The notes under the pieces: generated by a model
What the model was told of the DNA's origin: nothing
Database searches by the model: none
The model's input: only the letters and a program-made list of their open reading frames with translations
Made by a program: the position numbers and the translations under genes
In this document: positions 1-11,754 of the stretch, piece after piece
How positions within the stretch are numbered: the first letter of the stretch is position 1
Layout of the letters: every line of letters starts with the position of its first letter
Assembly: GCF_001194135.2 (NCBI RefSeq)
Contig: NC_068993.1
Location: 13,292,911 to 13,348,640 of the forward strand
DNA: 55,730 nt
Direction: 5' to 3'
From: Octopus bimaculoides
Taxonomy: Eukaryota

Positions 1-440
1 ATATATATATATATATATATATATGTACACCACACATACACATACACATTCACATATATAGTATATATCCCCGCATACTTATATTTGTCGGAAAAAAAAT
101 TTCCACAGATGCTGATCAATATATATCAATTGGAAAAGGAATTTTTGTCTTTATTATTTCTTGGATCGTTCAAATATGTAAAAAACAAAAGATAAATAAT
201 TTTCAAAAAATGCATTCTTAGATTGCAATTCTTTTATATTTATATAATTTTTATTTCTATTATATTTTTCTTATTACTTTGGTCGAATTGTTTTCACATA
301 TGCAGTTATTGTATGTTGTTGATAATTTTTGTTATTGCCGGATTCCCCCACACCCGAAATCGATAAAATAACGTATCAATCATATAACAGTAGTTCATGC
401 TACTGACTGATCCCTTTCATGAACATTTTAACCCTTTTAT

Positions 441-586
441 AAGTATTAGCTTGCTTCCCAACCACATGGTCCAGGGTTCAGTCCCACTGCGTGGCACCTT
501 GGGCAAGCGTCTTTCACTATAGCCACGGTCGGGCCGACCAAGCCTTGTAAGTGGATTTGGTAGAAGGAAACTGAAAGAAACTCGTC

Positions 587-638
<52 letters not shown>

Positions 639-895
639 GTATGTATATGTATGTATGTAAGTGCGTGTATATTTTAGTGTGTCTGTGTTTGCCCCAACAA
701 CATCACTTGACAACCGATGCTGGTGCGTTTACGTCCCCGTAACCTTAGCGGTTCGGCAAACGAAGCCGATAGAATAAGTACTAGGCTTACAAAGAATAAA
801 TCCTGACCTGATTTGCTCGACTAAAGGCGGTGCTCCAGCATGACCGCAGTCAAATGACTGAACAAGTAAAAGAATAAAATAATAAAATAATAATA
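441..895 (+). mobile_element. SINE family A copy 1 (slightly 5'-truncated, internal (TA)n/(TG) tract, AATAA-type tail)
   Basis: Colinear with copies at 35597-36059 and 45172-45570: accacatggt..GGTTCAGTCCC (B-box-like)..ccttgggcaag..gaaactgaaagaa..cgtcg, microsatellite, ..cgtccccgtaa..aataagtactagg..ctcgactaaaggcggtgctccagca..aatgactg. Confidence 0.9.
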
Positions 896-924
896 GAAAC
901 AGGTGTTAATATTGAGCGTTGAAG

Positions 925-1144
925 AAGGCGAAGATTTGGTAGAATCGTTAGCACGCTAGACTCAATGCTTAGCCATATTTAGCTCGTCTTTACGTTCTGA
1001 GTTCTAATTGCGCCGAAGTAAACTTTCCGTTTCATCCTTTCTGGGTCGAAAAAATAGGTGCCATTTGAACACCGAGGTCGATGTTATCGACTTTCCTCAT
1101 TCCACAAGATTGCTGGTCTTGTGCAAAAATTTGAAATTATTATT
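925..1144 (+). mobile_element. SINE family B, degenerate copy (tail type b)
   Basis: agaatcgttagcacg..ttacgttctgagttc..ttcatcctttctgggtcga..gaggtcgatgttatcgact..ttgctggtcttgtgcaaaaatttgaaa; matches the copy at 48955-49214 over head and body. Confidence 0.8.
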
Positions 1145-1149
1145 GTGCG

Positions 1150-1350
1150 TTGGATTGGGTGAGTCGCTAGAGAGCTGGGCGAAATGTTTGGCGGTATTTC
1201 TTCAGGTTTTCTTTTTATATTCTGAGTTTATATCACGCCCGGATTAGACGTTACCCCCCCCCCCCGGGTCGATAAAATGAAGTATCCTTCAGCTAATTAT
1301 TTATCGACTAAGCTTCTTCCCAAAGTTTCAGTACTTGAGTTCATATTAGA
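1150..1350 (+). mobile_element. SINE family B, highly degenerate copy (probably tail type c)
   Basis: gctgggcgaaatgtttggcggtatttc..ttctgagttt..gggtcgataaaatgaagta..tcgactaagc. Confidence 0.65.
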
Positions 1351-1911
1351 CAGAGTTTATATTACTGAAGCTAGCTGAATCGTCATTTACTACGATTTCT
1401 ATGATCTAGTTTCAAATCTCACCTGCACCGACTTTGTCGTCCTTCAATGCAAAGTCAATAATATAAGATACCATGCAAATATATGGCATTTCCCAAACGC
1501 TAGAATGTGATTTGAAAGATTCTGCTTTGGTATCGTTCAAAATGAGCGACCGCATTTAATTATTCATTGGCTCCTGTATCTATATATTTGATGTTTGGGC
1601 TCAGATCAAGTCTGTAGAAGGAGATATGCGATCGACAGTATTCCGACTGTGACCGGCCAAGATTTATTTTTAAAGATGTATTTAAAACTAATATACCGTG
1701 TTCTATATTGCTTCGTATGAGGTGATTTTGCTGTTATTAAACGCAGAAAAGTAGGCCTTTGCAGCAGTGCTCTGTTTCGCGGATTTCATAACCTAAGCTA
1801 ACTGTATCAGTATGTTGGTGTTCGATATTCCATTTCCACAATGGTGATTTAATATTGATTGTTGTTCCACTGCTGTTACTGCAGTGTTAGTAGCTTTAGT
1901 AGTAGTAGTGT

Positions 1912-2173
1912 GGAGGCACAAGGATCGAGTGGTTAGAGCAGCGGACAGGCGATCATAGGATCGCGGTTTCGATTCCAAGACTGGGCGTTATGAGTGTTTG
2001 TTGAGCGATAACACTTAAAGATCCACGAGGCTCCGTCAGGGGTTGGTGGCGAACCTTGCTGTACTCTTTCATCCCAACTTTTTGGTATTCTTTCTTCTGT
2101 GGAGTGCTCAGCCACTTGCACGTCAATTTCACGAGCAGGCTGTTCCATTGACTGGAGTGCCGTAGTAGTAGTG

Positions 2174-2205
<32 letters not shown>
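1912..2205 (+). mobile_element. tRNA-headed SINE family C copy with (GTA)n tail
   Basis: A-box-like aggatcgagtggttag and B-box-like ggtttcgattcc in the first 70 nt, unique body, then (TAG)n tail at 2162-2205; single copy in the window. Confidence 0.7.
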
Positions 2206-2206
<1 letters not shown>

Positions 2207-2500
2207 AAATGCTGTTGAGCTGATAGGATTGACGGTCAAAATAGTTCCTGGAAATTAGTTACATCGCTTTCCATTTTCCATTCCCTTAAAATTCACCTGG
2301 ATTCAACTGTTGAAATTTGATATCATGAAAATGCATAGCAGTCGTACCATAGGCTTCAGGACGTAAGGATATTGTAGCATGTTCTATGGAATAACAGCTA
2401 TTTAGTACACCCCATTATCTAAATACACGCTCGCAGATTGATAAATGCTGTGCACGAAACTGTCGACCTTAGAGACAGGTTGTAACATTCATCTCATCAT

Positions 2501-2552
2501 ATACATGCATACATACATACATACATACATACATACATACATACGTATGCGT

Positions 2553-2617
<65 letters not shown>

Positions 2618-2652
2618 TGTATGTATGTATGTATATGTATGTATGTATATAT
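2501..2652. repeat. Compound microsatellite (ACAT)n(TA)n(GTAT)n, self-complementary
   Basis: Read directly from sequence. Confidence 0.95.
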
Positions 2653-2949
2653 ATTTATATACTTTTCCATGTTGGTTTGCATCCGTCAATTTCTTTTTTT
2701 GATTCTTACTGCTTTCGCACTCATTCTCTGTCTCCTCCTCCTCCTCATCTCTCTCTCTCTCTCCCTCTCTCTCTCTCTCCCTCTCTCTCTCTATCTCTCT
2801 CTCTGTCTCCCTGTCTCTGTATTCATCGTCAGAGACTTACTCCCACATATTGTATCTTTCAACCTCTTTTACTTTGCATATATCTCTTCATATATTTCTA
2901 TAACTCTCCCTGTCGATCCCACTCTAATAACTCGCTGTTCAGCTCATCT

Positions 2950-3943
2950 NNNNNNNNNNNNNNNNNNNNNNNNNNNNNNNNNNNNNNNNNNNNNNNNNNN
3001 NNNNNNNNNNNNNNNNNNNNNNNNNNNNNNNNNNNNNNNNNNNNNNNNNNNNNNNNNNNNNNNNNNNNNNNNNNNNNNNNNNNNNNNNNNNNNNNNNNNN
3101 NNNNNNNNNNNNNNNNNNNNNNNNNNNNNNNNNNNNNNNNNNNNNNNNNNNNNNNNNNNNNNNNNNNNNNNNNNNNNNNNNNNNNNNNNNNNNNNNNNNN
3201 NNNNNNNNNNNNNNNNNNNNNNNNNNNNNNNNNNNNNNNNNNNNNNNNNNNNNNNNNNNNNNNNNNNNNNNNNNNNNNNNNNNNNNNNNNNNNNNNNNNN
3301 NNNNNNNNNNNNNNNNNNNNNNNNNNNNNNNNNNNNNNNNNNNNNNNNNNNNNNNNNNNNNNNNNNNNNNNNNNNNNNNNNNNNNNNNNNNNNNNNNNNN
3401 NNNNNNNNNNNNNNNNNNNNNNNNNNNNNNNNNNNNNNNNNNNNNNNNNNNNNNNNNNNNNNNNNNNNNNNNNNNNNNNNNNNNNNNNNNNNNNNNNNNN
3501 NNNNNNNNNNNNNNNNNNNNNNNNNNNNNNNNNNNNNNNNNNNNNNNNNNNNNNNNNNNNNNNNNNNNNNNNNNNNNNNNNNNNNNNNNNNNNNNNNNNN
3601 NNNNNNNNNNNNNNNNNNNNNNNNNNNNNNNNNNNNNNNNNNNNNNNNNNNNNNNNNNNNNNNNNNNNNNNNNNNNNNNNNNNNNNNNNNNNNNNNNNNN
3701 NNNNNNNNNNNNNNNNNNNNNNNNNNNNNNNNNNNNNNNNNNNNNNNNNNNNNNNNNNNNNNNNNNNNNNNNNNNNNNNNNNNNNNNNNNNNNNNNNNNN
3801 NNNNNNNNNNNNNNNNNNNNNNNNNNNNNNNNNNNNNNNNNNNNNNNNNNNNNNNNNNNNNNNNNNNNNNNNNNNNNNNNNNNNNNNNNNNNNNNNNNNN
3901 NNNNNNNNNNNNNNNNNNNNNNNNNNNNNNNNNNNNNNNNNNN
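2950..3943. other. Assembly gap (N-run); other gaps at about 4749-4758, 9879-9888, 12697-13425, 15518-15555, 16861-17375, 31097-31374, 32965-33284, 47181-47244, 50198-50925, 53077-53383
   Basis: Runs of N; most have TA, CA or CT microsatellite on at least one side. Confidence 0.98.
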
Positions 3944-4227
3944 GTTTTTTTTCTTCTTCTTCTTCCCGCACTGCTCTTCGTTTCTTTTTCCCCCTCTCCC
4001 TTCCTCTCTATGTTATATTGGATATCAAACAGAAAATAAAAATACGAAAAATATTACATGCCCTTTTTGTTTTATCTCATTTTGCCTTCAAATACGGAGT
4101 AACTCGCCACCCTCTTCCACTCTTTTATTTACGAAAATGATAAGTAATTGAAACACGAAGAGTCTAACACTAAGCTTATCTGTACGTTCAGACTAAGGCA
4201 CACATACTAAACTCTGTGCGTGCATGC

Positions 4228-4268
<41 letters not shown>

Positions 4269-4491
4269 TGATGGATTTATGTATATACGTATATGACGCT
4301 TTTGGACGGAAATGCTGAAGTATGTTACTTTCTGTTTCATGATATATTTAGATAAGGATGGGAAAGAAATGTGCACAAATGAACAGGTGATCTTACGTCG
4401 TATATTTTCCTTCTCAGAATTTTCACAGAAATTATTTAATACGAACATCTCTACAATTATTTTGAGATATTCATAGAGATACACATGCGCT

Positions 4492-4547
<56 letters not shown>

Positions 4548-4669
4548 CAATTTATGGCACTACACATAAATATTGGATAGTGTATTTCGATACATAGAGA
4601 GTATAGAATAAAGATAAATCAAGATAATGAGTCTCTTTCATTTTCTCATTCTCTTTCCCTCTCTAAATC

Positions 4670-4718
<49 letters not shown>

Positions 4719-4758
4719 GCGCACACGCACACGCACACACACACACACNNNNNNNNNN

Positions 4759-4795
<37 letters not shown>

Positions 4796-5738
4796 TGCAT
4801 ATGAATATATATTGTCTATCTGTGTCTATGTATTGCATGTATGTATATTTGCGTACGTATGTTTTATATGTGTACATATTTTGTATGTGTTATTGAGCTT
4901 GCGTGCGTGGCGTGTATAAAAATGAAATGAAATCCTATCGATGTTTTCCTAATGGATAAATTAAAACGAAAGCAATTCGATTAAAGCAGGAACCAAGCTT
5001 GATCAATTCTATTTATACAGTTCAGTTAGTTGCAATAATTTCTGCATATGATGGAAGAGAGAGAGAGACACACACAGAAAAAATATTAAAAAAAAAATTC
5101 AATTCTCAAATAATATTTCGTACTATTTTATATGCATGAACGATTGCTATCTTTGTAGTAGTATTTCCAATAATGAATGCATCATAATCTATAAAGAAAT
5201 AAAGAGATTTAAAAACAACATCCATCACAACGCATGCACCCACACAAATATCGTACACATTTACACGCTTAGGTGCCTATGCAAAGGCATATGCGTATAC
5301 ATACAATTATTTTGGCAATTAGGCATGAAATTTTAGTATTACATTGTTGATAATAGAACAAAAAAAAAATCAAAAAAAAAAACAAATGAAAGAATACATG
5401 CTTCGGTTGATGTCTGTTTTTCCCTGTTTGTTAATGTAGTCGATGTAACGGTAATCTAAATGATGTAGCTATCTCCATTTTAATATCTATCGCATGAGGA
5501 GTGAAAAAAAAATATGAGTATGATAATAGTGATGATTTCTAAATTTCCAAATTGGAAACGAGGCCAAAGCTGTGGCTTGTATACGGTGAGGGAGTTGAAC
5601 AGTCGATGAAATCCACCTTAATACCCGACTAGTTTTTTCAGTATGTAGCAGCCGGAAGCATGAAATGTAACGGAGAATTTTGTGGCTAAATACTGCCAAA
5701 TCATTTTTTTCCTGGAAATTTCACACTCTGATAATAAT

Positions 5739-5776
<38 letters not shown>

Positions 5777-6395
5777 GCAACAGATAAACGTCCAGAACAA
5801 TGTAGTGAGAAATAATTGAACACGAGAACGTATTTCCTGTAGAGTGGATAAGGAGTTGAGTTGAAATCCAATGTTATATTTAGGCAGATCCTTGTTAACA
5901 AAATCCTACTGAATGTTGCATGGATTAATTACAAAACGAGATTTGATTCCAATGTCATTTACATGGTTAAATACAGTATTTGTTCCAACTGTTTAGTTGG
6001 AAAATTCTAGTCTGAAATTTCAAGAACACAGCAATGCAGCTTGGTATATCACTAATTCAGCATTGTCTAAATATAATCGACTGAGATTCCTTGAAGCTGA
6101 GCCTCCTATGGCTGCTGAGTAATCACTGAGACCAATAATGAATTAAAAGATTATATATATATATGTGTGTGTGTGCCTGTGTGTGTGGGAGGTGTATACA
6201 TAGACTTATATGTATCTATATATTGTTGTCTCGTTAGATATAATTTTCAATGATAAGTGGAGTTGCCTGTGTGTGTATTTGCTATGCTAGATATCGCCTG
6301 GGGACGACTTTAGCATGTTTTCGTATTACCCGATAATTGACTGAAAAGGAAGCTCTTCCAAGTACGAAATTCCTATGCACATTCACAAACGTGTG

Positions 6396-6430
<35 letters not shown>

Positions 6431-7660
6431 GTATGTATGCATGTGCGCGTGTGTGTGTGTGTGTATGTATTTATGTATTTATATACACACACGACCACAT
6501 ATATTTATATACATATGTGTATGTTTGTACGTATGTATATGTCTGTGCTAAGCATATTTGTAAGCCATATCATCGGTACAGCACTGCTATAAACAATATC
6601 AATGGGACCTGAATGATAAAAATAAAGTAAGCATTTGACAGAGTGTACTGTATTTCAGGCTTACGCATTCCCTTACTCATAGTCTCATGTCTTCATGTCT
6701 TTGGATATTTCTTGTTTGGGTTGGATTTTGGAGCCTTCAATGTTTATGGTTCGCTGTATTTTTCACTTCCCGAGTGTTGGCTTACGAATCAGACTTTCGA
6801 ATACCTTCATATTATCTGACATGATAGCTCTGTTGAATTTGCAAAGAGTGAACTTATTTTTCGTGACGGCATTTAGAAATTAGTTCAGATTTTGTATATA
6901 TCAGTGAAGATTAAGAATATTTCTTCGTTACAGAGATCAAAGAAATTTACCCTGAGCCTCTACTTAGTGGTTAATAGAGCACACGGTGTCAAAGTTGTCC
7001 ATCTGAATTATCGGATACCATTTCAAGTTCCATAATGTTTTGCTGCTAATTTAGTCTCAGTGTCTGAAGTTGAATTTATATAGTTTATGCCCCAGCTCTT
7101 GAGGATTTCCTCGTTCATTCCAAGATATGATCTCGTGGGGATGTATTTCACCTGGGATTGAAACGCAGCTTAATTCATTGGTGATTCAGATTGCATAAAT
7201 TCTCCAAGAGAATAACTCGATTATGATGGAGTAAGAACCCTTGAAAGCTGTGCCTCACCACAGCCGCAGTCTGAAGGCAACAAAGGATTAAAAGATGATG
7301 TGCGTGTGTGTGCGCGTGTGCGCGTGCGTGTGTGTGTATACACGTTTACGCACGCATGCATATATCGATATATATAAATACGTGTGTCTGTGTATGTGTT
7401 TTTGTATATGCTCACATATATAAAATATATATAAAATACAAGATATAATACGTGTATAGAGAATACGAAAGAAATCCATCGTACATGCACACGTGTGTGA
7501 AAATAAGACAATAAATATTTATAAACTACTTTATTACTCTGTGTATGGAGGGGAGTTTGGTAGGGTTAAAAAAGGAAAGACAGAAGGCACAAAAATACAC
7601 TGGAAAGAAAAGCATGATTAAATGAACGAAAGGTCGAAAGAGAGAGAGAGGAGAATGAAA

Positions 7661-7698
<38 letters not shown>

Positions 7699-8318
7699 GA
7701 GAGATGGTGAGTGAAAGTAAAAACTAGAAACGTAATAGAAAATATTATGTACATGTGTGCATACATTCATATGTAGTTCCCATGTTGCCGTTCGAGTATA
7801 TTTAAGCGAGACCACACTCATACACACCACGCGTACATATATGTGAATGCATTTCTCTCACTCTCATATATATATATATATACATATCTATATATCTATA
7901 TATATATATATATATATATAAGCAAACTTAGATACATTCAAAATCTCACATACACGTCATACAATAACGAAAATAAAATGCCAAATCCAACCAGAGTAGA
8001 AAAATTATTCCTCTGCCATTATTATTATTATTATTTATTTTTTTTACGATAAAGCACTATAGTCAAGAAACATTATTACTTCCCTTTTTCTTTTTGTTTC
8101 TTCCCCACTTTTCTTTTCACATACTTTGCAGATGCTGTGTTTCTCCTTTTTTCTTTACTGTTCTATTTTCCTTTTTTTTTTCTTTTTTTTTTTTTTGCTT
8201 TTACTTTTCTTGGTTAATAACTTGCACGAATGATCTCGGAAAAATAAAAAAGAATAAAACTGAAATTTATCTTGTGATATCTGGAATAGATTACTAGTAA
8301 AGTAACACATTGGTTTCC

Positions 8319-8357
<39 letters not shown>

Positions 8358-8362
8358 TTTCT

Positions 8363-8578
8363 GTGGTGAGTTGGCAGAATCAAATGAGCGTCAGCTAAAT
8401 ACTTTACACAGTATGCCTTCTGATTCTTTATATTCAGTAGTCAAATCTCATCGAGGTCAACTTGGCCTTTTATCAATCCAGAGTCGACGAATTAAAGTAA
8501 CAGTCAGCTTCTGGGACTGGTGGCATTGACTAACACCCTCCCTTGAATCTGCTGGCTTTAGCCTGTCTAAAATTAAAA
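8363..8578 (+). mobile_element. SINE family B, degenerate copy
   Basis: gtggtgagttggcagaatc..tcaaatctcatcgaggtcaacttggcctttt..gagtcgacgaattaaagtaacag..ctgctggc. Confidence 0.7.
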
Positions 8579-8632
8579 AAAAAAGTGGGGCTTGAAATCT
8601 GCTGGGGCGGAGAGAGTGGTGGTGGTGGTGGT

Positions 8633-8716
8633 GGTAGTAAAGAAAAACCGTCGCGTGTCACACCTATACATACTTATGCACCCTTACACACAATATATAT
8701 ACATATGTATGTATAT

Positions 8717-8752
<36 letters not shown>

Positions 8753-8879
8753 GTAAAATTGTTGATCAGTAGAAGTGAAATTACCAAGTAAAAGATTGTT
8801 GGATTAGTTGGTCATCAATTGTGATTTCACTCATAATTATATATTTCTGGACTGAACACCATGTTCTATGTTGCATCTT
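8633..8879 (+). repeat. Direct duplication, copy 1 (between two (GGT)n tracts)
   Basis: Near-identical to 11539-11754; the 129 nt after the internal TA tract differ at only 3 positions. Confidence 0.92.
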
Positions 8880-8906
8880 ACTGTGGTGGTGGTGGTGGTG
8901 GTGGTG

Positions 8907-9050
8907 TTGGAAATCGATTACAGAGACCACAGTATCTGACTGTTACTTTATTTTATCGGTCCCGAGATTATGAAAAATAAAGTTGACCTCAGTAGTGTTT
9001 GAAAACCGGAAGAAATACCATTAAGCATTTTGTCCGGCGTGCTAACTCTT
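8907..9050 (-). mobile_element. SINE family B, partial copy
   Basis: aatcgattaca..ttttatcggtcccgag..aaagttgacctcag..aagcattttgtccggcgtgctaac is the reverse complement of the B body and head. Confidence 0.75.
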
Positions 9051-9061
9051 TTAAAAAAACT

Positions 9062-9350
9062 TCTTCGGTCGAGCTGCTTTCGCAGATTCCCATGACTCTC
9101 AGTCGCCATCCAATCTTATTATTATGAATTTGAATTGGTTGTCTGGGTCACAGTGAATCTTTCATTAGCTGATTAGACAACCATGGACGCCGCCCCTTTA
9201 GAGGCGTTCTGGTTACTGTCTTTTTAGAGCTTGGTTATCCTGACCGTTGATATTCTAGGATTCCTCCTTTCAGCATCAATGTAACAATTAGCGTTGCCTC
9301 AGTTGAGCTTTGTAGCTACGTCCTCACAATCCGCTATGCTGAAGTCCGAT
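9062..9350 (-). mobile_element. Possible decayed RTE-like LINE 3' end
   Basis: Minus-strand translation ..GRRPWLSNQLMKDS..IGWRLRVMGICESSSTEE resembles RTE ORF C-termini (GRP..DQL.ED..W R..V); recalled similarity only. Confidence 0.3.
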
Positions 9351-9837
9351 GACTAAAATTATCTGACATAATACGCCGTTATCTTGAATGAAACGTTTAG
9401 TAATACCTTGCCGTATATTTCGTCAACCTCAGAATAATGAGCAGCAAAAGATTCAGGTGACATCTGCAATCGGAAGCTAATGGAATATAGCAAAATACGA
9501 CATTTGTTTGGTTGAGTTTGATCTATTACCGCCTGTGTTGTATGCAATATGAATATAGATATTGAAATTTTTGTTGCAACTAGAAATAAGCCAAATAGAA
9601 TTACATAAACAGTTTCATATATTTACAAGCGATACGTATGAAGTTACATACATTCTCTAACCGTCTCTCTGTCTCTCTCTTTCACCTTTTCTGCCTTTCT
9701 CAAGTTCATGCTCTGTCTTTCGCGCTTATGCGCTTTTTAACACAATACACACATACATACATAATGTATATAATATATACAATGGTTATATTTATATATA
9801 GGTACATAGGTGTATACATACATTTGAGTATATATGT

Positions 9838-9878
<41 letters not shown>

Positions 9879-10261
9879 NNNNNNNNNNTGACCTAATATT
9901 TCGGACAATAGACCGTGAAGCCGCCATGATAATCGAATGTCGCCTGGAATCCATTGAATCTATAAAAAATATTGTTCCCAAAACAATTAACAATGAAAAT
10001 CTATGAACCAATGTCCTACCAACACTGTTGGCTTCGGGCTGATCTGTTGTGAATAGAATATTAAATCTGCTGTAAATAAAACACACAACCATTGTATATT
10101 TTCGTATTCTTATAATTCGAAATTGTCCTTCTTCCAGCACGTATATCATACTCTATCACTCTGCCATTCTCTAGAGTGACACTTTTGCGTTTTTTCTTTC
10201 TTCCTATCTTTCTGGGTGTGCTTTAATACAATACTTTACTTACTAAGCCTATATCCTATTT

Positions 10262-10287
10262 ACAACAACAACAGCAACAACAACAAC

Positions 10288-10333
<46 letters not shown>
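10262..10333. repeat. (CAA)n(TAA)n microsatellite abutting the R4/Dong fossil
   Basis: Read directly. Confidence 0.95.
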
Positions 10334-11240
10334 GCGGAATTGCAAGAGATAGAAAAATGACAGAAAAAAAATTACTCCATGGCCAGTTTTCCACTCGCAA
10401 TGACAGAGAGGAAGAAAACTAGAATGAAAGCCAACAATGGCTGAAAAGCTATTGGCTATAAACAGAAATAGAAGGCCATATTTCAGCAGCACAGAACTAA
10501 GGCCTAACTACAAATAATTACAAAAGCAAAATCTTGTAAAAAGAAAAAAGTAAATGCTATCATAATTGTAGTCTATGCAGTCATAAATATTTGGGGGGTG
10601 CCCAGTCCTTGTCAAGGCACGATCGAGTCGATAGCTACTAACACTGGGTAATATTCCAACCTTGCTACATGAAATTAGACAGAATTATCTTAATCACGTA
10701 CCAAACGTGTTACAGAACACAACTAAGCTTCAATCGTCTGCTACATGCCTTCGTTGGCTTGGAAGAATATCGGAGCAAACCATGGGGATATAATTATTAA
10801 AGACATGAATGATAATGTCTCATTGGTACATAGGTATGGAAATGAGAACAACTTCAGAAAAATTGTATAAAATTCACTCTGACACTACTGTAGAAAATTA
10901 AACTGGTGTAATTATCTGGGACAAGCGAGTACATACAGGGAATGAGAATAGATTTAACTGACGGATATGATGGAAATCTAGAGGAAACCTAGTTCATGTT
11001 TACAACTTAATTTGCACAAAGATGATAGTATATGGGTAGATAAGGGTGACAACTCTACAAATAAAAAGACCTAATAACTGAAATAGCACTTATATGGAAT
11101 ACAGAATATAGAATGTTCTCGGTCATTATCGAAGAGGAGTTGTGATACATAACACAGAAAGATATATCTAAAATGTGCATGATCGTTTTCTAATTCTTGA
11201 AGCTAAGAAAACACCTTAGTGCACCTTGGGAGTGTCAATA
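10334..11240 (+). mobile_element. Decayed, 5'-truncated R4/Dong-clade non-LTR retrotransposon (zinc-knuckle and restriction-like endonuclease region)
   Basis: One frame from 10372 reads LLHGQF..SQQWLKS..TEIEGHISAAQN*GLTTNNY..KC..RHDRV..HW; GCPVL in a shifted frame at 10596; IIWDKRVHT at 10911 and KDLITEIALIWN..SVII at 11065. These follow the R4/Dong motif order LHGQF / WL / ETEG.I.AAQDQ.L.T.NY / CCHC / RHD / WD / RLE; multiple stops. Confidence 0.8.
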
Positions 11241-11538
11241 TTCGGTGTTAAATACTACTTAATTATTTTTTAGTGAAGAAAGTATTATGACAAAATCAGA
11301 TATATGTTAGAAATGCAGCAATACTTCTGTTAGTGTTCCGGTATTCTTAACAGCATAATGATATGGAGGAAAAGAAAATGTATTCCCACTCTTCTGGCAT
11401 GTTCGGTGTTAATCTATAGAAAATACGATTGATGAAAATGTTTCTAATGCCATGTTTTAGCCAAATGGAAATATGTCTTCACACTTATCAGAGTTGAAAG
11501 ATTGTCATTCAGACATCAGAAAATAACGACAGAAATGA

Positions 11539-11754
11539 GGTAGTAAAGAAAACCCTCGCGTGTCACAGCTATACATACTTATGTACCCTTACACACACAA
11601 TATATATATATATATATACATACATATGTAAAATTCTTGATCAGTAGAAGTGAAATTACCAAATAAAAGATTATTGGATTAGTTGGTCATCAATTGTGAT
11701 TTCACTCATAATTATATATTTCTGGACTGAACACCATGTTCTATGTTGCATCTT
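11539..11754 (+). repeat. Direct duplication, copy 2
   Basis: Same sequence as 8633-8879 from ggtagtaaagaaaa to atgttgcatctt, shorter internal TA tract. Confidence 0.92.

Noticed and set aside
1912-1985. tRNA-like sequences (heads of SINEs A, B, C, D)
   Set aside because: A/B-box-like motifs are present but no complete cloverleaf or T-run terminator; each continues into a SINE body
2445-2702. ORFs of YI/CV/TH/MYVC/poly-N/poly-I/poly-H type throughout the track
   Set aside because: They are translations of (TA)n, (TG)n, (CA)n, (TATG)n, (TAA)n and (CAT)n microsatellites, which lack stops in some frames
2593-4140. Long ORFs (515 aa, 480 aa, 357 aa and similar at 16800, 30883, 32647, 50011, 52823)
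   Set aside because: Their length comes from runs of N translated as X
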